NCBI RefSeq assembly: GCF_033153115.1
Contig: NW_026889778.1
Location: 5,828,001-5,892,000, forward strand
Direction: 5' to 3'
Source of the DNA: Saccostrea echinata
Taxonomy: Eukaryota
DNA: 64,000 nucleotides
Made by a program: the position numbers and the translations under genes. Positions within the stretch are counted from its first letter, which is position 1, and every line of letters begins with the position of its first letter. The notes under the pieces are model-generated. The model saw nothing but the letters and a program-made list of their open reading frames with translations, searched no databases and was not told the DNA's origin. This document shows, in pieces, positions 12,268 to 24,068 of this stretch.

Positions 12268-13479
12268 ATGGCAGATAAAAGATTACTTAAACCAGTCTAC
12301 CTACGAAATAGAGACATACAAACAAACAAAAAAGAACCGATTTCAGACTATGCTCTCGCCTGTGCTGTAAACACAGTGGCATCTGATATCACCTGCGTTC
12401 AAAGAGATCGAGATCTCTGGCGCATATATGTCGGGTCTACAGAGAGCCGAAATCTTCTAGTTTCAAACGGATTCACCCTCAACAATATAAGTATCTCCGT
12501 GTTTGATACTAACCCTTTCTCTGCGGGTACAGAGAAACCAGAGGAAGAGGTTGTAAGGGTCACGGTCAGGGGAGTTCCTCTTTCTGTGGAGGATTCGTGT
12601 GTAATCAACATGCTCGAAAAGCTTGGTGCTGAGCTCACGTCTGATATTAAATATGAAAAAATTCGCAACCCTACCACCCTTAAAATGACAGAAATATTAA
12701 ATGGAAACCGCTTTTTGTACATGAAACCAATGCCTAATGGCAAATTCCTACCAAAAAACAGTGAATGCGCCGGGTTGAGATGCACCATCTCACATCGGGG
12801 ACAACCAATAAAGAAGCAATCTTTGAGATGCACAAACTGTTGGGGCGAAGATCACCTTCGGTTCAACTGTGAGTATGAGACCTGTTGCAAAATCTGTAAA
12901 CAACCCGGTCACACTCCAGGAGACCCAAAATGCTCAAGTTATGATAATGGCGAGAAAGATATCATCGCTTTCAGTGGAAAGGAGGATATTCTTTCAAACT
13001 TTTATCCATGTAACATCAACATCTTTGGAATATCACATGACTCTGCCGAGCATGCCTTCCAGTATAGTAAGGCTATGCGATCTGGTGACGTTGTAAATGC
13101 CTCCGCAGTGCGCAACGCAACCTCCGCTTTAGAGGCTAAACGCATCGGAGCCAAGATTACTACATCCGATGATTGGCTGCTACAGCGTGACGATGTCATG
13201 AAGGAGATCCTGGAGGCCAAATTCGACCAAGTGCTCGAATTTAAAGAAAGCGTCTTCAAATCCAGTGAATCAGCTTTGTTTGTAGAAGCTGCCTTTGACG
13301 ATTACTGGGGATCGGGACTTGACAAACGTGGCACCACCAACTCTTCAGTCACTTCTTGGCCTGGTAAAAACGTTATGGGGCGAATTTTAACAAGCATCGC
13401 CAGATCAAAGCGAGAGCGTGCCATGCCCCAACGCAACCAGCCTTCACGTCGTGGCAAGGCAGGTAGTGTGTCAAGATAA
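12268..13479 (+). CDS. LINE ORF1p: RRM-like region, two CCHC zinc knuckles and a C-terminal NADAR (YbiA/DUF1768) domain
   Basis: 403 aa. Knuckles CTNCWGEDHLRFNC and CKICKQPGHTPGDPKC. aa ~232-379 carry LSNFYP, SAEHAFQ, AKRIG, W..RDDVM..ILEAKF.Q, FVEAAFDDYWGSG and GKNVMGRIL. Confidence 0.88.
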   Translation: MADKRLLKPVYLRNRDIQTNKKEPISDYALACAVNTVASDITCVQRDRDLWRIYVGSTESRNLLVSNGFTLNNISISVFDTNPFSAGTEKPEEEVVRVTVRGVPLSVEDSCVINMLEKLGAELTSDIKYEKIRNPTTLKMTEILNGNRFLYMKPMPNGKFLPKNSECAGLRCTISHRGQPIKKQSLRCTNCWGEDHLRFNCEYETCCKICKQPGHTPGDPKCSSYDNGEKDIIAFSGKEDILSNFYPCNINIFGISHDSAEHAFQYSKAMRSGDVVNASAVRNATSALEAKRIGAKITTSDDWLLQRDDVMKEILEAKFDQVLEFKESVFKSSESALFVEAAFDDYWGSGLDKRGTTNSSVTSWPGKNVMGRILTSIARSKRERAMPQRNQPSRRGKAGSVSR

Positions 13480-13539
13480 CTATATACATGTACTGAAGAA
13501 TTTCTTCACATTCAATCAGAAAGTTAATCAAACATTTGC

Positions 13540-16500
13540 ATGAACGTTTTAAATGTATATTCATTAAACTGTAGAGGTTTAAACTCTACAGAGAAAAGAA
13601 CTAAACTATATACCTGGTTATCTGACATAAATGCCGATGTAATATTATTACAGGAAACACATTTTATTGAAAAATATGAGGCATGCTATAATGCAACGCA
13701 GGGGTAATAAGGAAGCATACAAAATATTCTACCTTGACTTAATCAGTGCTACATTATGACGTCATAGTAGGCGAGATGACGTCAATTTTAGAATACAAGT
13801 TTTCGTATTTAGAGATGTAATTTAACTCTAGAAAATGAATAGAAACGTGTAAACATTAACAAAAATAAAATGTTTTTATTTTGTTATGCTGTATCTGTCA
13901 TTTTGATTAAAATCTACCACCGATGACGTCATATGTGTACTTCAAGTAACTTGGGAATTGATCATGTCGTGTAAAGAGAATTTGGCTAAGACGGCATGTA
14001 CAAAGATACGTAAAATGGAGTTTAAAAGCAAATATCCTGAATATTTTGTGAAATTCATATGGAGTTCAGTTACTTAAACAGGTATGCTAATTTATTTTCA
14101 TCGATTGTATTCTCTTCGAAGACAGTCAGCTATATACGTATCCCGGTCGGCCTTTCCTCTGTCATTTGTGACAAAAATAATGCAGCAGAACAACAATAAG
14201 CTGTATATTTCAAAACATAAGATTTGTACAGATGGAAAGTTTGCCTCCTAAAATACTTGGAAAGTGCTGCTAGAATCCCGAGTTAAGCATGGTTTTACGA
14301 AAAATCTCGGGTTATATGTATAAAATTCAAAACATCGGGTAAGGTTTCGTGCGAATGTGTGGAATTATCATTTTACTGACGGGACAGTGGGATTCTAGCA
14401 GCACTTTTTAGGCAAAATAGATGTTTTCCAACTATATTATTTACTCAAAGAAATTATTTCACTTCGGAGTATTGTTGTTCTGTTAGCTTTTTTACTAAGG
14501 AAAATTTCGCTATTAATAGAAGTCACGTGATGCCGTGGTGGTGGTGCACGCCTTTGCGTTAGACACTCTTTTATCTTTATGCAATAGATAATAATAGTTT
14601 ACATTTATCAGCGGTTTTGGTAAATTATCAAACGTAATTTTCTTTAAAAAGTCTAAATTTCCAGAGAATTGGCTTATATGCTTCCTTAACATACCCGCGA
14701 AGATGGTTTGGGATTAGTATCCATAATTTTTCTGACTCACAATATAGCAGAGGAACTTCGATATTATTTAGAAAAGGTTTAGATTTTGAAATATTAGATA
14801 TTCACAAGTCTTATGACGGAAGAATGATTTTTATTAATTTAATTTTGGAAGAAAAAAAGCTTACAATAATAAATATTTATGCACCAAACAATCAAGCGGA
14901 AAGAAAGTCCTTTTTCTTGAAAATTAATAAATGGATAACTAAATATTCTCACAATCCTGACAATATCATTTTAGCAGGAGATTTTAATTGTAATCTAGAG
15001 AAGACTGACGATTCCAGTATTAATTATTTTCAAAAAAATTTAAATAATAATAGTCTGATAGACTTGTGGCGAGACTTAAGGCCACAGGATGTAGGATATA
15101 CATGGTGCAACGGGGCAAACATACCCACAAGCAGAATCGACTACGTACTTATATCAAAATCCTTAATATATCCAGCTAAAAATATAATTCTCCGAGAAAT
15201 ACCAGGGTTACATTCAGGGGGAACAAGAATGTCAGATCACAAATGTATTAGGGTCATTTTTGACATTGATTTAAATATACGAGGTCCAGGATATTGGAAA
15301 TTTAATGTCTCACTTCTAGAAGATAATATTTTTGTCACGGAAATGAAAAAAATTATTAAAGATTTTAAATCAACTGAAAATATTCAAGCATCTTGGGAGG
15401 CACTTAAAATTAAAATTAAAGACTACTCTATAAAATACAGTAAAATTGTTAGTAAATCATGTAAACGTAAAATCATTTATTTAGAAAATGAAATATCTGA
15501 TATTGAAAAATCAAATTCAAACGATATTGATATGAATAAAAAAAGAAAATTAGAGTCCGAGCTAAAAGAATTGATAAATAAAAAAGCTAAAGGTGCCCAA
15601 ATTCGATCACGTGCGAAGTGGATAGACGAAGGAGAAACAAATTCGTCTTTCTTCCTTAAACTTGAATCATCTCATCAAAATAACAATACTATCAATCGTA
15701 TTAAAAATGACGATCATATAACTACGAATAGTTGTGACATCTTAGGAAAAATGTGTGATTTTTATATTAGATTATACAAATCATCAAATATTGATAATAA
15801 TGAGATCAAAACTTATTTAGATACAATTAACATAGCTCAGGTAGTTAATGATAAACAGAAAGTAGAATTAGATGAATTTCCAACAATGAAAGAATGTGAC
15901 GAAGCAGTTAAAATGTTAAAATCAAATAAATCGCCAGGCCTGGATGGGCTACCAGGCGAATTTTATCAAATTTTCTGGGATGAATTAAAACCTTATTTCT
16001 ACAATAATTTAATATACACCTTTAATAATAAATGTATGACATTCTCTCAACGTTTAGCTTTAATCACACTTATTCATAAAAAGGGAGATAAATCAGATTT
16101 AGCAAACTATCGCCCTATTAGTCTCACAAATACTGATTATAAGATATTAGCTATTATATTAGCTAACAGACTTCAGAAAGTAATAGACCTATTAATTAGT
16201 GAACATCAATCTGCATATATAAAGGGAAGATACATAGGAACAAATGCAAGAACAATTTTAGATATATTTGAATATTGTGAAAATAAAAACTACGATGGAA
16301 TTTTACTTTTCTTAGATTTCCAGAAAGCTTTTGATTCAGTCGAATGGAATTTTATTTTTGAAACCTTAAAACGTTTTAACTTTGGGGATAATTTTCTGCA
16401 ATGGATATCGATTTTGTACAAAGAACCAATTTTCAAACTAAAAAATAATGGATGGATTTCTAAAACGTGCAATATGGAAAGGGGCATACGACAAGGATGC

Positions 16501-18291
16501 CCTATTTCTTCGATGATATTCCTTTTCGTTGCAGAAATCTTATCAATAAAAATAATGTCTGATGAAAACATTATTGGATTTAAAACTCCTAAGATGTCAA
16601 CAGACATAAAAATGATACAACACGCTGATGATGCTACATTAGCACTCCGTGATAAAAAATCTTTAAAACAAGCAGTAACATGTATAAAGAACTTTGGAAA
16701 TATATCTGGATTGACTCTCAATATTAGCAAAACGGAATGCATGTTACTAGGCAATTTGAAGAATACAGCACATAATTTATATGGAGTAAAGGTCAACAAA
16801 GAAAGTATTAAAGTGTTAGGAATTCATATTGGTTATGACATAGAGAAATGTATTGAAAAAAATTGGGGAAACAAAATTAAAGAGCTTGAGAGACTTTTCG
16901 AATCATGGAAAAAAAGAAAATTAACTATATTCGGGAAAACCTGCATTATTAACAATCTTGCTGTATCCAAATTAATATACAACCTCTCACTCTTACCATA
17001 TCCTAGTGCTAATATCATAAAAAATATCAATAAAATTATCTTCAATTTTATTTGGAATAAGAGAGACAGAATAAAACGAAGAACCTTAATAGGGGATATA
17101 CAGCAGGGTGGTATAGGAGTTGTGGATATAGAGTCTAAAGCGAAAGCAATTAAATGTTCATGGATTTCCAAAATAATATCAGATGAAAAAAGCAACATTA
17201 AAATCTTTTTAGAAAATTTCAATTTAAGAAAGCAAGATATTATCTACATGTTACACACTAATAACTTAGCAATACATGATCACAATATACTTAAGCATCT
17301 TCCGATATTTTATAGAGAAATTTTTGAAGCATTTAGTGAAACTAAGAGCCCAATGGAAATAAGTAAAATGACTACATTTGACTTTCTGAGACAATCTATA
17401 TGGGGAAACAAAATTTTTAACTACAAAAATAAGGTATTATTTTTTGAAAACTGGTATGATGCTGGAATCTTATATGTAAAAGATATTGTGGATGAAAATG
17501 GTATCAAGCCACTCGAATACTTTTTAAACATGCTTGTTAAAAAAAATAACATATTTTGTGAGTACTTGATATTGAAAAATGTGTTTCAGAAATATAAGAA
17601 TCAGTTTGATTTCAGCTTATCAAAATATACAAATATCAGAAATACTTTTCATTTTGTTTTAAATGATAATCAATGTCACTGTATCAAAGACAAAAAATGC
17701 AAGTTCTATTATGATATCTTTAAAAATAAAAAATTTGTAAAGCCATGCTATATTAACAAGTTTAGAAAAGAATTTATTATCCAGAATCAATGTTTTTCCA
17801 AAATATATTTTTCCAAAATTGTCAAAGTCTTTGACAAAAAAATCGCAGATTTTAACTATAGAATACTTAATAATCTGCTTAATAATAGAAGTTATTTAAG
17901 CAAATGGAATGACATATCTAATCTGTGTCCATACTGTAAAGAATGTGTTGAAACAAACAAACACTTATTATACGAATGCCAAAATGTTCAAAGAATATGG
18001 AATGTTGTTAGTGAAATTTTAAAATTTAATGTATCATGGAAACTTATAGTAGTAGGATTCTATAATGAAGTCAACGAAAAAACAATTTTATTTACCAATC
18101 TTATATCATTTGTAGCCCTTAGAATCTATAAATACAAAATGCTATGTAGACTGGAAGAAATAGCTGAAACGCCAAAAGCAATTCTTTGTCATGTTAAAAA
18201 ATCCTTAAACACGTTTTATTATGCTCTTAAAAGATCAAAATACAAGAACTGGAAAATAAATATATTTAAAAAGGTCGAGGAAAGTCTGTGA
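13540..18291 (+). CDS. LINE ORF2p (APE endonuclease, reverse transcriptase, C-terminal CCHC finger), interrupted by a ~1 kb insertion; ~1248 aa if the insertion is removed
   Basis: 13540-13695 gives MNVLNVYSLNCRGLN...LLQETH (APE start). The same frame resumes at 14701 (RWFG...SRGTSILF) and runs into the 14824-18291 ORF with GDFN, SRIDY, SDH, KSPGLDG, NYRPISL, LDFQKAFD, RQGCPIS, HADD and CPYC..ET..HLL.EC. Confidence 0.93.
13697..14699. mobile_element. Non-autonomous DNA transposon inserted in LINE ORF2
   Basis: Imperfect TIRs CGCAGGGGTAATAAGGAAGCATA / TATGCTTCCTTAACATACCCGCG; apparent 2-bp TSD AA. Removal restores AAT GCA AGA TGG (N-A-R-W). No ORF. Confidence 0.8.
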
Positions 18292-18865
18292 TATAAATCA
18301 TCCAACTTTTATACATATGAATATATATATATATATAAATATATATATGTATATAACATAAAAAAAAAAACTATATTAACTTAATCTCATTATTATGTAT
18401 GCTATGTATTACTCTTCGTTTTCAATATATCTTTTTTCTTTATTTTACTTCAATGTTAAAACATGAATATGTATAAACTATAAGAGTTGTTTTATTAATA
18501 GCCACTATTAAGAGGGTCCAGTCCTCTGATAGAGCTGCCATATGAATCAATATGAACTGCAGTGGGACGACATGGACTCATTATGGCAGCGTGGCATAAT
18601 TATGATACATCTTATCAATTTAATTTGCAAGCTGTACAAAAATCAGTATATTGAATTATATAATATCTAAAGTATAAATTTACATAATATAAATTATAAT
18701 ATACATTGTATCTTAATTATACAGGTATATGCATCCTGCGAGATGCAATAGCTATTGTATCACTTGGAGCTTAGTCGGGGCCCCATCCCCGATAGCTGCC
18801 TTCTTTTCAAATATAAGGATATATTCTTTGTTATAGATTAGGTCTGGGAAATAAAGTTTATTTAA

Positions 18866-18896
<31 letters not shown>

Positions 18897-20187
18897 TCTC
18901 AAGAACTACTGGCTAAGAAAAGATGAAACATACGTGAAAGCTTCACTACATAGTGTAGATGTAAATTTGTTCAAATCATGACCCTCAAGAAAGGGTGGGG
19001 CCATAATGGGCGATCAAGGTTTTACATAGGAATTTATTGGAAATTTTTTTTAAAAGCTTCTTCTCAAGAACCACTGGACCAGAAGAGTTGAAACTTATAT
19101 AAAAGCTTCTTTATATATTGTAGAAGTAAATTTGTTCAAATCATGACCCTCGTGGTAGAGTGGGGACGCAATGGGCGATCATGCAAAGTTTTACATAGAA
19201 ATTTACAGGAAAAGTCTTGAAAAATCTTCTCAAGAACCACTGAACCACTGAGCGAGGAGTTGCACCATCAATATTTATCAACATAGGAATTTATAGGGAA
19301 AAAAAATCTCTAAAAATCTTTTTCACAAGAATAGCAAAGACATCATGTCATACTGATAAGCATGCATCCTCATGTAGTGTAGATTCAGGTTTGTTCAAAT
19401 CGAGACACCCCGGAGGAAGGGTTGGGTCGCAATGGATAATCAAAAAGTTTTACATAGGAATATATAGTAAATAAATCTTCCGATGAAGAACAGCAGGGCA
19501 TATAATGGCCCATATCAGCGTTGTGGACCATGAGCCTCTTGTTTTCAATCAGTTTTCTTTGTGATATATGTGTACGACTCTTTTTTTATATGCATAAGAA
19601 TTTGTTCACTTATGACATTGATAATTGTTTTGATTTGCTGCTGGAAAAGGTTTAAATATTGCAGACATAAGAAATCTTTCGTGCAATTCTTAAGTGAAAA
19701 ACAAAACATTAGTAACATTTATATCAAAGTTTAATTAATAATTCACAGTTGCTGATCATTTCCTTGAAAAGGAATACTTCTATGTATAAGTCATACACTA
19801 CACACCTTTCACATTTTCTGAGCGCAAAAAGAATACAAAGAATATATTAATCAATTCCTAGAATTTAAATCATCATTAAAATTTTAGTATTTTTGCCAAT
19901 AATTTATTTCCCCTAATCCATTTTTTTTTGTTATCACCTATTGGAAATCAGAGATTAGCCTATTCGAATGGGTGATAGCAACCATACAGTTTGAAGATAT
20001 CACCTCATCAAATAGGTGTTTAATCTATTCAAAACGAATACCTGAAGGTATGATGACTTATTCAATGAATTTGTAATATCACCTATTTGAAATAGTAATG
20101 TCACCTCTTTGCATTTCCTATAGACTTAAGTATACTTCTTTTAATAAAAAATGAACTGTCTCTTCTTGAAGACATTGTTACTCTTAA

Positions 20188-20531
20188 GGACATACTTAAC
20201 GTACCTTACCTACTGATAGTTTTTCAAGATACAGTGTATTCTTAATTTATGATTATAGTGCTATCAGATGTTCGTAGACAAAAAATCAGTATGCATTACC
20301 AGGGGTTTTGAAAAGATATCAATTGATGAAAATTCTTGTATAATTCAAAGAAAATTTTACAAAAATTACTAAACATATATTCTAGATGTTTTGTTTATCC
20401 AAACTTGTTTTAAAAGAAGTGTACAACAGCATATATAGACATTGAAATGTAGCACGCAGTTCCTTTAAGTATTGTAACTCTTCAACTCCAGGGAAAAAGA
20501 CAATAAAGTTCAAATTACGTTGTGTATGTCC
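20188..20531. mobile_element. Kolobok-like MITE
   Basis: TTAA-GGACATAC ... GTATGTCC-TTAA. Confidence 0.5.
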
Positions 20532-21661
20532 TTAAAAAGAAATATGGCGGCCACCAAAGCAAAGGTGGAAGTTTTAAAAAGCATTCAAAGAATTTTTTAC
20601 ATTTTGAACAGTGAAATACTGTAATTTATTTATTTAATAAAAGTGTGAAAGAATATCAAAAGCATACGGCAAAACTCGAGATTAATTTTCTTTCCCTTCA
20701 CGAAATAATATGATACATACATGTAGTCGCAAGTGACGCCACTACATCAACAATTTAAATTGAATATGTTATATTGTCATTCAATTCAGAGGCTGAATAA
20801 GCGATTTATTTTATTCTTAAATATTTGATATCACTTAATGACAGTATGTACATGTACCAAAATAGCCCTCATACCAGAAACTGTCGCTGTTAGCAAGTAA
20901 GCTTTGTATCTACGGAAAAAGCTGAAATCATGAAATCCCGTAAATTTATGCACATACTGGGCTGTGAACAGGATATAAAAATATATACTTAATAGCAATA
21001 TAGATGGTAGGGATTAAAAGCAAAATCAAACGACTCAGTTTGTAATTGAGAATCGTTCACTTTTTGAAAAGGGGCGTGGGTCAACAAATATATATATGTA
21101 CTAGTATTTTATTTTCAATTTTTCATCAATATAAAGAATGATGATTTTTTTCAATAAAAAAATGAATGAAAAAAAATCTGCTAGTAAAATAATTTCTATT
21201 TGAAACTAGAATATGTGAAAAGAAGAATAACTCATTATGTGATCGACATTTTACTTATCATCATTTAAGATATGATAACGAAGAATAAACACCAAGCCGG
21301 AAGTATAAAGTCTGGTCTGGTTAATATCAGGGCGGTGGCTAAAAGAACGTTAGTCCAGCTGATTAAGGTACATTTTCTGACGTAGACACCTGCTGTGATC
21401 AATATTTACTATCCAGGCTAATTTGTAGTTTGCATATACTTAGTAGACTTTTGAGTATATTGTCACATTTTAGAAACATTTCAAAACTTGCATGTGTATA
21501 ACTTAAAGTTTGTAAACTTGAAGTTTAAAACTCAAAGTTGAGGATTTATAATTCCCCCTTCAAATTTCTATCTTACAGATTTAAAAAAATATAAATATTT
21601 AAACAATTTCCTGTATCAATAATTTATTTACAGATTCAAATTTTGACGATCAAGTTAAAGA

Positions 21662-23302
21662 ATGGCTACTTCAATCTCCTTGGCCCAGGAAGTCATCACG
21701 TGTGATCTTTGTGACACGCCCACTCAACAATTCTGTAACAACTGTCAAGTCAGTTTATGTGTCAGTAAACATGTGGACAAGCACCAGGCTCTCGCACATG
21801 ACATTGTTCCTTTCAAAAACAGGAAGACAGAACATATTTTTCCAGAGTGTGAATTTCACCCCGACCATAGATGCGAGGGCCACTGTCAACAGTGTGATGT
21901 CACTGTCTGCATGAAATGTGTCATCACTTCCCATAATGGACATATCGTGGGAGACATACCAAAAAACTTTAATGACAAGAAAAAAGATATCCAGAGGGAA
22001 AATCATGAAATAGAATCCAATATCATTCCCAGATACATGAAGAAAAATGAAAATATAGAAAAAGACAAAGAACTGGTAATGAAAAAATTTGATGAGGTTG
22101 AAAAAGAAATAGAGAGACACAGAAAATCGTGGCATCAAGAAGTAGACAGCATCTTCAATAAGCTTAGATCTTTGCTCAAATCTATGAGAGACGACCACCT
22201 GACTGTATTGAAGTCACATCAAACCAAACTCAAAAATCTGATTCCAGACATGATGAAAACAGTTCAAGAAAACAAAGAAATACTCAAGTCCAATAAAGTT
22301 GCTAAAGTCACAAACTTCACATCTAAACTTATGGGATACAGAAATATTGGTCTAGACATTTATTTGTCAGTTCCTGCACTGCAAACTAACACAGTTCAAG
22401 GGAGAGAACTCAGTATAGAGTTAGGTGAATATAAGGCTACTCTGACGCAGACATCACTCTCCAACCAGACAGAAGAAGTCTCCTATATATCTACAAGAGA
22501 GTTATTAGACAAAGCAAGAGTTATTACTACTTTTCCTACCTCAGCTAAACCTCTATACAGACTGGCCTGTTTAGGATCAGATAAAGCTTGGGTTAGTGGA
22601 GAAAACAATACCGTGAACTGTCTTGACATAAACGGGTCTGTACAGGAGACTGTTTCTTGTGAAACACACCCTGAAGATATCTTTGTGACCAAAAACGGGG
22701 AATTAATATATAGTGATTATGAAAATAAAAAGGTGAACATTGTAAAACACGGTAAAACAGAGGTATTGATCACGACACAAAAGGACTGGAATCCAGCAGG
22801 ACTGAGCAGCACTAGATCAGGAGACATACTGGTCAGTCTGTATAATGGAGACCAAAATAAGATTGTACGTTATCAGGGACAGAAAGTGGGGCACGAACTA
22901 TTTAAAGATGAAAATGAATAACTAATCTATGGAAGTGGTAAATGGACCCTTTTTGTTGCAGAGAACAAGAATGAAGATATCTGTGCCTCTGATCGCAATG
23001 CCGACTCTGTAGTAGTAGTGGACAAGACAGGAAGAGTCCGATTCCAATACGATGGTACACCAGCCATAGGGAAGAAGAAATTTGATCCAAATCAGCTAGT
23101 GACAGACTCTTTGAGTCAGATCATTGTAGCAGATTGGACCAACGACTGTCTACACATTCTGGATCAAGATGGAGAGTTCCTGAGATGTGTGGATAATTGC
23201 AAATTATCTAGGCCCCTAGGACTGGGTTTGGACAGCGATGGAAGGTTGTGGGTCGGATTATATGAAAAGGGAGATGTAAAGGTGATCCAGTACATGAAAT
23301 AA
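21662..23302 (+). pseudogene. TRIM-like B-box/coiled-coil/NHL gene copy A1 with premature stop
   Basis: Close paralog of 44376-46034. TAA at 22919-22921 where the paralog has AAA; the same frame continues to 23302. A 9-bp deletion in B-box 1 turns LCAGCVSKH into LCVSKH. Probable 5' UTR intron 21368-21633. Confidence 0.8.
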
Positions 23303-23454
23303 ACTTGTAGTATAATATTTCAGAATATGATCGTGTACAATGTGTGTTCTTCATGTTTGTATATAAACGGAATCTAAATACATGTATACAGTTTAGATGG
23401 TGAGGGCGTACAAGTTATGTTTTTCATGTTTGTATATATCTGATCAATATAAAG

Positions 23455-23605
23455 CATGTGACCGATTGATAGGGGATGCTTACTCTTCCTAGGCGCCTGA
23501 TCCCATCTCTGGAGTTTCCAGGCGTCCGTCTTTTATGTTCTGCTCACAATTATGTAATGTTCCTGGGATTTATGAGATCGATCATTATCCGTCATCTTCA
23601 TTTCT
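23455..23605 (+). repeat. Interspersed retroelement-tail-like repeat; paralogous copy ~46178-46330
   Basis: GC-richer TGTGACCGATTGA(T/C)AGGGGATGCTTA(C/T)TCTTCCTAGG block in both duplicate units; recognised as a common bivalve repeat, family uncertain. Confidence 0.4.
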
Positions 23606-24068
23606 TTTCATTTAGAAAAAAATCCTGGAAAAAAAGTATCACCTCACCTAACTACCTCTTCACAATCTGCGAAATACACTGTTTAGTGAGACCCTATAAT
23701 GTTAAACGAGAACTTCAGTAAATACGTGCAATGCTAAAGAATACCGACATATAGCGAATTTGATTATTAACCAAGAAGAAAATTAGATCATCTTTCAATG
23801 ATATAGCTACCTGATTCTTAACAATCAAATCAAAATACTGTTGAAGTAAATAACCATTCAACGTTGCAACGTAAAGCAAGACCTCTATTGATGGATTTTT
23901 TTTCACCAAAAGTTTATAGAGTCAATAAGTGCCAATATCTAAGAAGAATGAAGGGGAAAATAGAGACAACGCTTTCTTACTTTTGAAAAAGAGAAAATCA
24001 ACGTAACGCCCAAAAATGCTGAGGTTACCAAATACTGCGATTTTATACTTTTACAGGACTGTGAACAA

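Larger units (their letters stand above)
11983..18893 (+). mobile_element. Full-length L1/Tx1-clade non-LTR retrotransposon
   Basis: TSD (AAAAA)TCCTCTCAAGAA at 11966-11982 and ~18889-18905; 5' palindrome GAGTCACGTGACTC (11985-11998); ORF1 and ORF2; AATAAA followed by poly(A) at 18867-18893. Confidence 0.95.
11800..19545 (+). mobile_element. Non-autonomous Helentron/Helitron-N (HINE) element, interrupted by the LINE at 11983-18893
   Basis: Degenerate ~160-170 bp units containing (T/C)CTCAAGAA(C/T)CACTGG on both sides of the LINE; 3' end TGTGGACCATGAGCCTCTTGTTTT at ~19522-19545. The left boundary is approximate. Confidence 0.6.

Noticed and set aside
14824-14826. ORF2 start at 14824 as given by the ORF track
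   Set aside because: The APE N-terminal motifs (NCRGLN, LQETH) lie at 13540-13695, upstream of the insertion, so the true start is 13540.
12399-17222. Minus-strand ORFs overlapping LINE ORF1/ORF2
   Set aside because: Antisense shadows of real coding sequence; no motifs.
18525-18595. Hammerhead ribozyme (CTGATAGA followed by a stem)
   Set aside because: The required GAAA after stem II is absent and the core deviates from CUGANGA.
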